From positions 1,184,001 through 1,248,000 of the forward strand of contig CBDCDZ010000004.1 of NCBI GenBank assembly GCA_965215565.1: 64,000 nucleotides of DNA, written 5' to 3'. A model generated the notes under the pieces. The model made no database searches and was not told the origin of the DNA. It saw only the letters and a list, made by a program, of their open reading frames with translations. This DNA is from Trueperaceae bacterium (GTDB lineage: Bacteria; Deinococcota; Deinococci; Deinococcales; Trueperaceae). The position numbers and the translations under genes were made by a program. Numbering within the stretch: the stretch's first letter is position 1; the number at the start of each line of letters is the position of its first letter. Positions 46,947 to 56,644 of the stretch are shown here, piece after piece.

Positions 46947-47876
46947 ATGAAAAAATTGCTTGCACCTTTTCTCACGTCTTTTTTGCTGCTAGCTGGCGGT
47001 CTCGCGTTCGCGCAAGACCCGGTTCGTGTCGGCTCCAAACAGTTCACAGAAAACGTCGTTTTGGCGAAGCTCATCATTACGGCGCTGGAAAACGCAGATA
47101 TTCCCACTGCTGATCAAACGCCTTTAGGCGCGACGGACGTCAACCGCTCCGCGCTCGTCAATGGCGAAATTGATGTCTACCCTGAGTACACGGGCACGGC
47201 GATCAGCAACTTTTTGATCAACGAAGGCGCGGACGTACCTGAAGGTGCCTCGAGCGACGGTGAGCAGTCGTACCAGATCGTCAGCGAGTACGACCAGGAA
47301 AACAACAACGTGTGCTGGCTCGAGCCTGCGCCTGCGAACAACACCTACGCCATCGCCGTGACCGAGTCGTTTGCTGAAGAGAACAGCTTAGAGACGCTCG
47401 CCGACTACGCCGAATACGTCAACAATGGTGGCGAAGTCATGATGCCTGTCGGCGACGAGTTCGCGCAACGCCCGGACGGTCTGCAAGCGTTCGAGGAGAC
47501 CTACGGCTTCGACCTTACCCAAGACCAACTCCTTGTCATTGCTGGCGGCCAGCCCGCGCAAACCGAGCAGGCTCTAGCCGAGGGCGCAAACGGTGCGAAC
47601 GCGGCGATGGCATACGGCACGGACGGCGCGCTCATGGCGTACAACTTCCGCGTCTTAGAGGACCCCGAAGGGGCGCAGCCCGTCTTCCAGCCGACGCCTG
47701 TGTTTCGCTGCGGCGTGCTCGAGACCTACGCTGATATCCCCAACATCTTAAATCCCATCTTCGAAACGCTCGACAACGAAACCTTGCAAGAACTCAACGC
47801 CCGCGTGGATGTAGACGGAGAAAACCCCGCAGCGGTAGCGCAGAGCTACCTGGAGGAGAACGGCTTTTTAGAGTAA
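46947..47876 (+). CDS. Osmoprotectant ABC substrate-binding protein (YehZ/OsmX-like)
   Basis: Signal peptide; VGSKQFTE and YPEYTGT motifs. Confidence 0.92.
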   Translation: MKKLLAPFLTSFLLLAGGLAFAQDPVRVGSKQFTENVVLAKLIITALENADIPTADQTPLGATDVNRSALVNGEIDVYPEYTGTAISNFLINEGADVPEGASSDGEQSYQIVSEYDQENNNVCWLEPAPANNTYAIAVTESFAEENSLETLADYAEYVNNGGEVMMPVGDEFAQRPDGLQAFEETYGFDLTQDQLLVIAGGQPAQTEQALAEGANGANAAMAYGTDGALMAYNFRVLEDPEGAQPVFQPTPVFRCGVLETYADIPNILNPIFETLDNETLQELNARVDVDGENPAAVAQSYLEENGFLE

Positions 47877-48277
47877 GCGAGTTCGCGCACCCTCTCTGTC
47901 CCTTCTTGGAGCCGCGTACATCCTACCCGGCTCCATACGTTTGTCTCCCGGACCCTTTTCTCACACTCTTTCGAACCGCGTCATCACAGCGGTGAAGATG
48001 AACCGCGAGACCCAACGAGAAGAGACGTCCTTAGCTCGCGCATCTCACCTCACACGGAAGATTATGTATATACTGACGCTTATCTGCTACACCCTCTTAT
48101 AGTTGGTCCGAAGATGTCATTCTACGCAAAGAGGTGAACGCGGATTTGCCGGTTGCATATTCATAAAGTAACGAGCATAAAGTAAAGGGTACAAGGCAAC
48201 GGACGCAGAATCACTGAAGCTAGCTTCGAGCCTCGAACAGCCCCTATTAGGTGACTCAGCATTAGCAATTTTAGGAG

Positions 48278-49909
48278 GTGGTTTTTATCGTCAACCGCAT
48301 CGCTATATTGGGCGGACTCACGACAGCACTGGGCTTTTTCTTTTTGCCCCTCATCGAACTTAAACCGAACCGGCTCGCCTCCGGGCTCTCCTTTCAGCTC
48401 CTGGAGCTAGAGGGCGACCTCCGCTATCCGTTTCTCTTTCTCTTAGCGATCATCGCTGTCGCGGCGGCGCTGCGCCCTCCGTCCAGCACACGCGGCTGGA
48501 CCCTCGTTTTACTCGGCAACGCGCTCCTCTATCTGACGCTCTTTTTACCGGCTGTCGCCGGACAAAGCTTCATCGATAACGCGAGCGACCTCTTAGACGA
48601 AAACGTGCGCGTGAGCAACCCGCGCCTGTTGCCCTCGGGTGCGCTGGTCGTGGGTCTCATCGGCAGCTACGTCGTCCTCTTCGGCGGGCTGCGAGACCTC
48701 ATCAACCAAGAGGTGTCGGGCGTTGCGCGCTTCATCGCGGCGTGGGGCGGTGTGGCGCTGGTCGCGCTCGGGTTTATAGGTGGGCAGTTCGACGTGTATT
48801 CGGTCATGGTAGAACTAGAGGCGCGGGGCGAGCAGCTCGGGCAACGCACGACTGAACACATCATGTTCGTGGGCGTGTCCCTCTTTATCGGTTTCGTCCT
48901 CGGCGTTGGCTTAGGGCTCTGGGCACACCGCGACGAAGCGATCTCTCCAATTGTGCTCTACGCGGTAGGGATCATCCAGACTATCCCGAGTCTGGCGCTG
49001 TTCGGTGTGCTTCTAGAGCCGCTGGCGCGGCTCGGCTCCCAGCGGGCCCTGAGCGTCGGGCTCTTCTTTCTGATTTCGCTCGCGCTCGCCGCCGCTTTTA
49101 TCACCGCCTACCGCCGCTTCGCAGCGAACCTCTCCGGGAACTTGCGGCAGGTGCTCCTCATCGCCAGCGCGCTCGCCGCCGCCGTGCCGCTATCCCTCTT
49201 TACGGTTGTGCTAGCGAGCTTTCTCTTCCGCGTGAGCTTGGTGGCGTTTACCTCCAACGCGGACCTCTTAGCGACGCTTCGCACCGTGATGCTCGTCGCG
49301 CTCTTCGTCGGCTTCGGCCTCTGGATAGGTTCACGCTATCTTAGCGGCGCGGTAGGGCGGGTTTTGCGCTACGGCTCGTGGTTCGGCGGCAGCGTGCTGG
49401 CTACCGCACTTCTCATCGCGCTGGTGCAGGGCGGAAATCAGTTCTTGGGCAACGTAGGCGCGAACCTCACCATGCGCAATTTGGGCGTGTCGGGCATCGG
49501 CACCGCGCCCGCCGTGATCGCGCTGACGCTCTATTCGCTCCTGCCCCTCGTAAGAAACACCTATGCGGGGCTCAACAACGTGGACGCCGCCATCGTCGAT
49601 TCGGGACGCGGTATGGGCATGAACGCAGGCCAGCGCTTTTTCCAGATCGAGCTGCCCATAGCCCTGCCCGTTATCATGGCGGGGGTGCGCAACGCGGCGG
49701 TGGCGCTCGTCGGCATCGGCACGGTGGCGACGATCATCGGCGCGGGCGGCTTGGGCGACTTCATCATCGGCGGCGTCGTCAATACCTCCATCGATCAGAT
49801 TCTTCTAGGCGCAGTGCCGGCGGTCCTCTTAGCCGTCGCACTAGACGCAGGCCTGAGAGGGTTGGAGCGATTAGTGGTGTCGCCAGGCATTCAGCAGCTC
49901 GAGGATTGA
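48278..49909 (+). CDS. Osmoprotectant ABC permease (YehY-like, with extra TM insert)
   Basis: KPNRL.SG N-terminus; QTIPSLALFG, RNTYAGL and GRGMGM motifs. Confidence 0.88.
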   Translation: MVFIVNRIAILGGLTTALGFFFLPLIELKPNRLASGLSFQLLELEGDLRYPFLFLLAIIAVAAALRPPSSTRGWTLVLLGNALLYLTLFLPAVAGQSFIDNASDLLDENVRVSNPRLLPSGALVVGLIGSYVVLFGGLRDLINQEVSGVARFIAAWGGVALVALGFIGGQFDVYSVMVELEARGEQLGQRTTEHIMFVGVSLFIGFVLGVGLGLWAHRDEAISPIVLYAVGIIQTIPSLALFGVLLEPLARLGSQRALSVGLFFLISLALAAAFITAYRRFAANLSGNLRQVLLIASALAAAVPLSLFTVVLASFLFRVSLVAFTSNADLLATLRTVMLVALFVGFGLWIGSRYLSGAVGRVLRYGSWFGGSVLATALLIALVQGGNQFLGNVGANLTMRNLGVSGIGTAPAVIALTLYSLLPLVRNTYAGLNNVDAAIVDSGRGMGMNAGQRFFQIELPIALPVIMAGVRNAAVALVGIGTVATIIGAGGLGDFIIGGVVNTSIDQILLGAVPAVLLAVALDAGLRGLERLVVSPGIQQLED

Positions 49910-50113
49910 GGAGCGTCACTATATGCGTCACCGAAGAGGTGAGCGGCGTCTGCTCGTCAGTAAGAGGTTATTTAGGACGCTGCCGGTTAGCGTGTTCGTG
50001 CACAAGTCAGTTCGGCTAGTCAGCGTTCAGCTAAAAACAAGGTTAAACCGGCGAAGCCAGACGAGAACGCAGCGGGTAAGAACAGTTTAGATACTTGGCA
50101 GAAATGAGGACCT

Positions 50114-51259
50114 ATGATTGAATTTGACAACGTCGTCAAACAGTACCCCAACGGTTTCAAGGCGGTGGACGGGCTCAACCTCAACGTCCCCGAGGGAGAA
50201 ATCTGCGTCTTTATCGGTCCTTCGGGCTGCGGCAAGACCACCACGATGCGCATGGTCAACCGCCTCATTCCGATTACCAGTGGGCGCATCACCATCGAGG
50301 GGCGCGACAACCGCGACATCCCCGCCGAGGAACTGCGCCGCAAGATTGGCTACGCCATCCAGCAGATCGGGCTCTTTCCGCACATGACGATCTTCGACAA
50401 CGTCGCAGTGGTGCCGCGCCTGCTCAATTGGGAGGAGAACCGCATCAGCAAGCGGGTGGACCGGCTTTTGGAGCTGGTGGGCTTAGACCCCGACGTGAAC
50501 CGCGACAAGTTCCCGCGTCAGCTTTCGGGCGGTCAGCAGCAGCGCGTCGGGGTGGCGCGCGCGCTCGGCGCGGACCCGCCTATCATGCTCATGGACGAGC
50601 CTTTCGGCGCGGTCGATCCGATTACCCGAGAGGTCTTACAAGAGGAGTTTTTGGGGATTCAAAAGGAGATCAGTAAAACTATTATCTTCGTCACGCACGA
50701 TATCGACGAGGCGATCAAGATGGGTGACCGCATCGCCATCTTGCGCGAAGGAAAGCTCGTGCAGTTCGACACGCCCGACACGCTCTTGGCGCACCCCAAG
50801 AACCACTTCGTGCGCGACTTTGTAGGAGCGGACAGGCAACTCAAGCGGCTCGGCTTGGTACGCGTCTACGACATTATGGATACGGACCCTCCCGTCGTGC
50901 AGTTCGAGGGCAAAGCGGAGGAGGCGCGGCGCGCCATCGAGCGGCGCGACGTCAAGAACGCCTTTGTAGTCGACCGCGAGGGCAAGCTCAAAGGCTGGGT
51001 GGACAAAAGGGCGCTCGAGGAAAGTAGCTCCCTCACAGAAGCGATGTACGAGGCTGACTACCGCGACATCTCCGTCAAGGAGACAGCGACGGTGCGCGAC
51101 GCGCTCTCCGCGATGGTCACGCGCGGCTTCCGGGTGACGCCCGTCGTTGACAGCAACGGACTTTTAGCCGGGTCCATCACGCTCAAGGCGCTGCAAGAAC
51201 TCGTCGAAAGGAGCGACGTAGAAGCGGAGCGGCCCGAGGCTAGGGAGGTGGAGGCGTGA
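50114..51259 (+). CDS. Osmoprotectant ABC ATPase with CBS pair
   Basis: GPSGCGKT, LSGGQQQR and DEPF motifs; C-terminal CBS domains. Confidence 0.94.
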   Translation: MIEFDNVVKQYPNGFKAVDGLNLNVPEGEICVFIGPSGCGKTTTMRMVNRLIPITSGRITIEGRDNRDIPAEELRRKIGYAIQQIGLFPHMTIFDNVAVVPRLLNWEENRISKRVDRLLELVGLDPDVNRDKFPRQLSGGQQQRVGVARALGADPPIMLMDEPFGAVDPITREVLQEEFLGIQKEISKTIIFVTHDIDEAIKMGDRIAILREGKLVQFDTPDTLLAHPKNHFVRDFVGADRQLKRLGLVRVYDIMDTDPPVVQFEGKAEEARRAIERRDVKNAFVVDREGKLKGWVDKRALEESSSLTEAMYEADYRDISVKETATVRDALSAMVTRGFRVTPVVDSNGLLAGSITLKALQELVERSDVEAERPEAREVEA

Positions 51260-52296
51260 CGGCGCGTTTAGAACGCAACCTCCCCTTTTTAGTCTCGGGT
51301 GCGGCGCTCGCCTGGCTGGGTTTTGCGCTGCTCATGTTCATTCTGAGCTTCATCCCCTTTGACCTCAAGGACTTGCCGCAGGAGACCGGCACGCTCGTGC
51401 CGACCTTATGGCTACCTACGTTAGGCGTCAGCGCGACGACCATCATCAAAGTGGACGCGCTCAATACGGGCCTCACCCTCATCCCCTTTCTCGTCCTTTT
51501 CGGGCTCGCTGAATGGGGGCTCGCTTACCTCTACAGAGACCGCGACGAGAAGCTCGTGCGCCCCCTGTTTCGCACGGCGGCGATCTTTCTCACCTTTTGG
51601 TCCTTTTTCGGTCACTTGCCCCTCTGGGACATCTTCCTCAGTTGGCTCTTTCCCAATAGCCCGCGCATCCTCTATCCCCAAGGGAGTGTCATCGGACTCA
51701 CGGCTGACCACCTGGAACTGGTGCTGCTCTCTTCGGTCATCACCGTGACCACCGGGCTCGCCCTGGGTATCCTCGTCACCCGCGAGCAGTTCCGCGAGTT
51801 CTTACCCTTGGTGAGCGACTTCGTGAACGCCGGGCAGACGCTGCCGACGCTCGCTATCGTCGCGATCATGGTGCCGATTATCGGTTTAGGTTTTTGGCCC
51901 GCTATCGTCGCCCTGATCCTCTACGGGCTCTTGCCCGTCGTGCGCAATACAATTGCGGGTTTAGAGGCGGTGAACGCTTTTATGATCGACTCGGCGCGCG
52001 GCATGGGAATGACCGCCGGGCAGATTCTCTGGCAGATCGAGTTGCCTAACGCGAGCAGCATTATCTTAGCGGGCATCCGCACGAGCGTGGTCATCAACAT
52101 CGGCACGGCGGCGCTCGGCGCGTACGCGGGCTCGAGCGGCTTAGGACGCCCTATCGCGGGCGGGCTCTCGCAAAACATCGTCCCTTACGTCATCTACGGG
52201 GCATTGCCCGCCGCGATGCTCGCGATTTTGGTGGATTACGTCTTAGAGCGCGTAGAGTACGTGGTGACGCCTAAAGGGTTGCAGATTGAGAGCTGA
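51256..52296 (+). CDS. Osmoprotectant ABC permease (YehW-like)
   Basis: GQTLP.LA, RNTIAGL and ARGMGM motifs. Confidence 0.9.
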   Translation: MTARLERNLPFLVSGAALAWLGFALLMFILSFIPFDLKDLPQETGTLVPTLWLPTLGVSATTIIKVDALNTGLTLIPFLVLFGLAEWGLAYLYRDRDEKLVRPLFRTAAIFLTFWSFFGHLPLWDIFLSWLFPNSPRILYPQGSVIGLTADHLELVLLSSVITVTTGLALGILVTREQFREFLPLVSDFVNAGQTLPTLAIVAIMVPIIGLGFWPAIVALILYGLLPVVRNTIAGLEAVNAFMIDSARGMGMTAGQILWQIELPNASSIILAGIRTSVVINIGTAALGAYAGSSGLGRPIAGGLSQNIVPYVIYGALPAAMLAILVDYVLERVEYVVTPKGLQIES

Positions 52297-52525
52297 CGTA
52301 GCGCCGAGCAGATGAAGGGGGTCATTTTGAGCGCAACGCTGACTTAGACGTTGTCCAGAATAGGCCCGCGCAAAATTCTCACATTTGCCCTTGTGCAGAA
52401 GAACGTTCAAGCCGCAAATTTTGACAGTAGCGCTGAGAATGGAACTGAACCCAAAAAAGTCGCCACACAACGTGGCGACTTTCTATTTTCATCTTGGTGT
52501 TGCGCGGTTTTTTAGGGGTAGTGGC

Positions 52526-52645
52526 TCTGTTTGGAATGACAGTGGTAGCAAAGCAAGGGGTGTCAAAGCAAGGGGTTGAAACCCCTTGTTCATCCACATG
52601 GAGACGTCAGAAGGGGTGGGTAGCGGCATTCGACTTAGAACCTCC
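52526..52645. repeat. REP-like repeat (family C)
   Basis: gcaagggg duplicated; caaggggttgaaaccccttg hairpin; matches 44864-44966. Confidence 0.6.
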
Positions 52646-52683
52646 ACCTTTTTAGGTCCCAGACCTCGTAACATTCCAACAAC

Positions 52684-52809
52684 TTAGCGGTTGACTCTGA
52701 AAATATTGGTTGCAGGTGCGTCCTTGGTCACGTTCTTCCCGGCTGACGCCACGCCGAAGCCGGTGAACGAGAGTGCAACGATCAAGACTTTAACGGTGAA
52801 TGCTTTCAT
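52684..52809 (-). CDS. Small secreted peptide precursor (41 aa), absent from the ORF track
   Basis: AGGAGG RBS; MKAFTVKVLIVALSFTGFGVASA|GKNVTKDAPATNIFRVNR*. Confidence 0.85.
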   Translation of the reverse strand: MKAFTVKVLIVALSFTGFGVASAGKNVTKDAPATNIFRVNR

Positions 52810-52865
52810 AAACGCCTCCTAGAGCGTTCGCCCGAAGGCGAAAAGATGTTCCGGGAGGGTTTCCC

Positions 52866-52929
52866 GGCCGGTTGCGCTACTCGCTCCCTCTACTCCAAGC
52901 GCCCAGGAGAGTCTTCAGCAGGACGTACC
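52866..52929 (-). promoter_or_regulatory. Cyclic di-GMP-II-like riboswitch aptamer
   Basis: GGUACGUCCUGCUGAAGACUCUCCUGGGCGCUUGGAGUAGAGGGAGCGAGUAGCGCAACCGGCC; UGGGC(A/G)CUU...GAG..AGUAG(U/C)GCAACCG core with compensatory GCGCU/AGCGC pseudoknot. Confidence 0.7.
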
Positions 52930-53106
52930 ATGTCGCTAATGACACGCTGGTATGACCGGATGTTACTTGCTGAAAACTCCTAAAGAGTAGAGATCATCAC
53001 GTCCGTAGAGGCTCATCTGCCTCGAACTACACTGTAGCAGCCCCGAGCTTTTTAGGGCGGGAAATTTTTACACCTCAGATATTGTGAACGGCATGTGTAA
53101 CGTTGC

Positions 53107-54024
53107 TTACGCGGCGTTGGTATGTCTACCAAGCGCCGAAACGAACGCGGCGACGACCTCTTTGGGATAGTGGTGTCCGGCGTAGCGCTCGAGTTCGCGA
53201 AACGCCTCTTCAGGGCGCAACGCCCGCCGGTAAGGGCGGTCCGTCGTCATCGCGTCGTAGGTGTCTGCCACCGCAACGATCGAGGACTCCACTAAAATGT
53301 CGTCGCCGGCCAGCCCATGAGGGTAGCCGCTCCCGTCTAAGCGTTCGTGATGTTGCTCGACGATGGTGCCCGCGTCACTCAGAAAGGTAGTTTCCAGTAG
53401 CTCGCGCCCAAACGTCGGGTGCTGTTTAACGATCTGCCACTCGCTCGCGTTCAAGGCGGCAGGTTTCTGTAAAATCTCTAAAGGCACCTTGATCTTGCCT
53501 ATGTCGTGGAGGTACGCGCCGTAGTCGAGCAGATGGAGCCGCTCGGACGAGAGACCTAGCTCTTGCCCTGTCGCGTATGCGAGCGTCTGTAAACGCTCAC
53601 AGTGCTCGGCAGTGTAGCCGTCTCTCACTTCGACATCGACGGCTAAACGCATAAGTTGACTCAGTTCTTGGCTGAGTCTATGAAAGATGGGCTGCGTGGT
53701 GATGTACAAAAAGCGCACTTCGCTGGAGGCGGAGAGTGTCGTCGCCTCGCTCAGCCCGGACGTGACGATGTAGTCGCCCGCGCCTAGCTTCGCGGAGCCG
53801 TGACGCAAGGTGCCCTCTAAGATGTAGTACGTTTCTACCGCTCGCCCTGTAGAGACCAGCGTCATGCGCTCACCCTGACCCAACACGCCCTCGAGCACCT
53901 CTGTGCCCTGCCCCGAGACCAGCAGTTGCACCTCGACCGCTTTGGACGCGACCCGCTCTAAACTCTCACCTCGTTGATAAAAGGTTAAACCTGGAGGTGT
54001 GTTTGCTCGGCGCGCGCTGCTCAT
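53107..54024 (-). CDS. Cupin-like + HD-GYP phosphodiesterase
   Basis: ETYYILEG cupin-like N-terminus; LHDIGK, HHERLDGSGYP and VADTYDAM.TDRPYR motifs; leaderless TACTGT box. Confidence 0.9.
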   Translation of the reverse strand: MSSARRANTPPGLTFYQRGESLERVASKAVEVQLLVSGQGTEVLEGVLGQGERMTLVSTGRAVETYYILEGTLRHGSAKLGAGDYIVTSGLSEATTLSASSEVRFLYITTQPIFHRLSQELSQLMRLAVDVEVRDGYTAEHCERLQTLAYATGQELGLSSERLHLLDYGAYLHDIGKIKVPLEILQKPAALNASEWQIVKQHPTFGRELLETTFLSDAGTIVEQHHERLDGSGYPHGLAGDDILVESSIVAVADTYDAMTTDRPYRRALRPEEAFRELERYAGHHYPKEVVAAFVSALGRHTNAA

Positions 54025-54231
54025 TTCTCACAGTATGGCACCCTCATGTGAATAGGCGCGTTGAATACTTCGTGTCGCCTGAAATTCTTAACATTTAGCA
54101 GGTCTAGCGGACCAGTGGGAACGAAGTGTTACGCAGTTTTCGCTTTTGCGAAACGCGGGACCACGCGACTTCATCTAGTTTAGAACAGTCCCACTTTAGA
54201 AAACAATGTTTCCTTTTGCTTCGCAAAAACT

Positions 54232-54411
54232 GTCGCCATCTCCGCCGACCTCTATCTAGCGGGCGAGGCAACGATGGGCGACGTGCGCTTCTGGTCTTCG
54301 CTCACCGTGTCGTTGACGTTGGGGCTCTTGGCGGCATATCCCGTGAATGCGCTGCTCATCGGCTTCGGCGTGAAAGAGGGGATGGGTAGCCCTAAGATGC
54401 AGTCAGCTTAG
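54232..54411 (+). pseudogene. 3' remnant of a DUF4396-like membrane protein gene
   Basis: VAISADLYLAGEATMGDVRFWSSL..SLTLGLLAAYPVN.LLI.FGVKEGM; no 5' portion. Confidence 0.5.
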
Positions 54412-54418
54412 GGGCGGC

Positions 54419-54718
54419 TTAGGGGCTGACCTTTTCGCCGCGCCGCAACGCCTCGGCGACGCCTAGTGGGTTCGAGAGCGCGTGTCTAGCTCTCGCCCAC
54501 ACCTCTTTAAGCCTGCGTTCGTCCGCGCTTAGCGTGTGCGGGTCAGCTTCCGCGTACACTTCGACCTCTTCCGCTTTCTCGTTGAGTAGATCGTTGAGCA
54601 CGCGGTGCAGCGCGTCGCGGACGACGAGCCCTTCGCGGAGCATATCCTGAAGTTCCAGGACCCTCGAGACGAGTTCTGCGTGCTCCATATTGGAGAGTTC
54701 CTCTTTGGTGCGCTGCAT
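54419..54718 (-). CDS. Conserved hypothetical protein
   Basis: 99-aa helical ORF with typical codon usage. Confidence 0.7.
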   Translation of the reverse strand: MQRTKEELSNMEHAELVSRVLELQDMLREGLVVRDALHRVLNDLLNEKAEEVEVYAEADPHTLSADERRLKEVWARARHALSNPLGVAEALRRGEKVSP

Positions 54719-54806
54719 TCAAAGCCCCTTTCCACCCTCGCTGCGCCGTTTGGGTCAGCTTACCATCCCTACGGGGTGCGCCGCAGACTGATAATCGAAT
54801 GCCTGT

Positions 54807-55901
54807 TCAGTCACGGGGCGGCGCGACGAGCAGCGCCTCTAAGATCGCCTCCAATTCGTCTTCGGGCATGACGCGCAGCATCCGCTCGTGAGGGCTCGTC
54901 TCATCCTGGACCCACGCGCTCGAGCCGTCAGGCGCGACGTCTAGGCGCTCCTCGGTATCCGCCAGCGCGAAGTACGTCCCGTACTCGGGGTCAGAGAGAC
55001 CTCTCACCGCGTAGAGCGTCACGCAGAGGTCCCAGGAGGTGCGCCCCACTCCCGGTCCATTAAAGAGTTCGTAGCCTCTGCGCACCGGGTTGGTAGGCGG
55101 CGTCTCTTCTGAGAGCGTGTCGCCATTTCGGATGCCGTCGCACACGTTTTCGTTGCCCGGCGAAAAGACCGTGAGGGTGGGCCACCCTCCTACCACCTGC
55201 CGGGCGGCTTGCGCGTCCATATCTCTGCCGCCCGCCAGGTAGAGTTCGCCTCTGTGACCGGGGTAAAAGCCGGCCATCACGACGAGCTTCGCGACCTTCT
55301 GGCGGATCAGGTCCATACCGCTTAGCTCGCTGTATTCGTCGGGGGCGGAGTCCATCAGGTCCGCCAAATTCTGCATGAAGCCCAGCGACACCACGGTGAC
55401 GCTGCCGTCGGGCTGCGCGGCTAGCGTCTCCCGGTAGACATCCACGGCGGGCGTGAGCGCGTCGCGGTCCGTGTCGTTGGGGAACTGGGCCATCACTTCG
55501 ACGAAGTGCGGGACGTCGCGCCAGTAGGGGGTGGCCACGGGATAGTGTTCGGGGTTCGGGTTGCGCCCGGTAGGGATGTCGGGACGGCCGTAATAGGTGT
55601 TGATCGCGTCTATCGCGGCGAGCGCGTAAGGGTCATAGACGTTCGACACCGTCGCTAAAATCGTCGCCTCGTCCCGGTCCGCTAGCGTGTGAAGCACCGC
55701 CAGCGCGCCCGCGTCGTCAACGTCGATGCCCAAATCGGTGTCGACGATAATAGGCACGCTCGTTTGAGGTGTCACGACCGGATCGGGGTCAGGGACAGGA
55801 CTGGGCGTGGGTTCGGGAACAGGGGTGGTATCCACGCTCGAGCAAGCCGCTAGCAGAACCAAGCTCAGAACGAGTAGACTGCGCAAAAGATGGTGAATCA
55901 T
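54807..55901 (-). CDS. Nucleoside hydrolase-like lipoprotein
   Basis: Lipobox LAAC; Pro-rich linker; DTDLGIDVDDAGAL and SWD motifs. Confidence 0.85.
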   Translation of the reverse strand: MIHHLLRSLLVLSLVLLAACSSVDTTPVPEPTPSPVPDPDPVVTPQTSVPIIVDTDLGIDVDDAGALAVLHTLADRDEATILATVSNVYDPYALAAIDAINTYYGRPDIPTGRNPNPEHYPVATPYWRDVPHFVEVMAQFPNDTDRDALTPAVDVYRETLAAQPDGSVTVVSLGFMQNLADLMDSAPDEYSELSGMDLIRQKVAKLVVMAGFYPGHRGELYLAGGRDMDAQAARQVVGGWPTLTVFSPGNENVCDGIRNGDTLSEETPPTNPVRRGYELFNGPGVGRTSWDLCVTLYAVRGLSDPEYGTYFALADTEERLDVAPDGSSAWVQDETSPHERMLRVMPEDELEAILEALLVAPPRD

Positions 55902-56098
55902 AGTAGCCCTCCAAAAGATCATGGTAAGCCAGATAGCCCGGGGGGAGGGAGCTACAGGCAACAGAGGTGCCGAGAAAGGCGTTCGGTCACCGCGTGTGAC
56001 GCGCCGCTCGCACCTTCTCTTTCATTTTCTTTTTCGTTGCGCTCGAGCCGGTTCGCCGTCACGCACGAGCCGGTCGGAATCCGTATTAAACTACCCTG

Positions 56099-56644
56099 AT
56101 GGCAGATAAGACCCACCAGAGCGCGCTCGTTGTCATTCCACCTAAAAGTGTGTGGGAGCCCATCCAGAACATCCGGCGCGAGCACGACAAGAGGTCGCGG
56201 CGCTGGATGCCCCACATCACGCTGCTCTACCCCTTCTTCCCTAAGCCCAAATTCACCGAAGCGGCGGGGCGGCTCGCCCCCGTCGGCTGGGGCGTCGCGC
56301 CGTTCGAGGTGACCTTGAAGACGTTCGGCACCTTTCGGCACGGCAAGGGCAGCTTCAGCGTGTGGCTGCGCCCCGAGCCCCAAGACGCGCTCATCGCCTT
56401 GCAGACGGAACTGTGGCGCGCTGTTCCTGCGTTCAGCGAGACGCGCTCCTTTAGCGGCGGTTTCACGCCGCACCTGAGCGTCGGACAAGTGCAGGGACGC
56501 GGCGCGAAGGACGCGCTCCTCGAGCGGCTGCAGTCGACGTGGGAGCCGCTCACGTTCACGGTATCGGCGGTGAGTTTCGTCTCGAGAGGCAAACCCCCAA
56601 ACGACGTCTTTCAAGTGGACAGGCGCATCGTTTTAGAGGGCTAG
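56099..56644 (+). CDS. 2H phosphoesterase (2'-5' RNA ligase family)
   Basis: PHITL and PHLSV motifs. Confidence 0.88.
   Translation: MADKTHQSALVVIPPKSVWEPIQNIRREHDKRSRRWMPHITLLYPFFPKPKFTEAAGRLAPVGWGVAPFEVTLKTFGTFRHGKGSFSVWLRPEPQDALIALQTELWRAVPAFSETRSFSGGFTPHLSVGQVQGRGAKDALLERLQSTWEPLTFTVSAVSFVSRGKPPNDVFQVDRRIVLEG

Noticed and set aside
46595..47107. 170-aa minus-strand ORF
   Set aside because: Runs antisense to the SBP gene and through a family A repeat
48140..48190. UGCAACCGGC on the minus strand as a second c-di-GMP-II aptamer
   Set aside because: Lacks the GGGCRCUU and AGUAG elements and points away from the operon; only a cataaagtaa direct repeat is present
52888..52992. Long hairpin as 6S or SRP RNA
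   Set aside because: Too short for 6S, lacks the SRP GGAA-loop motif, and overlaps a better c-di-GMP-II match
55952..56614. Long antisense or alternate-frame ORFs (also 56823-57437, 61000-61614, 25013-25594, 49378-50019)
   Set aside because: Shadows of well-supported genes in GC-rich DNA, with no motifs
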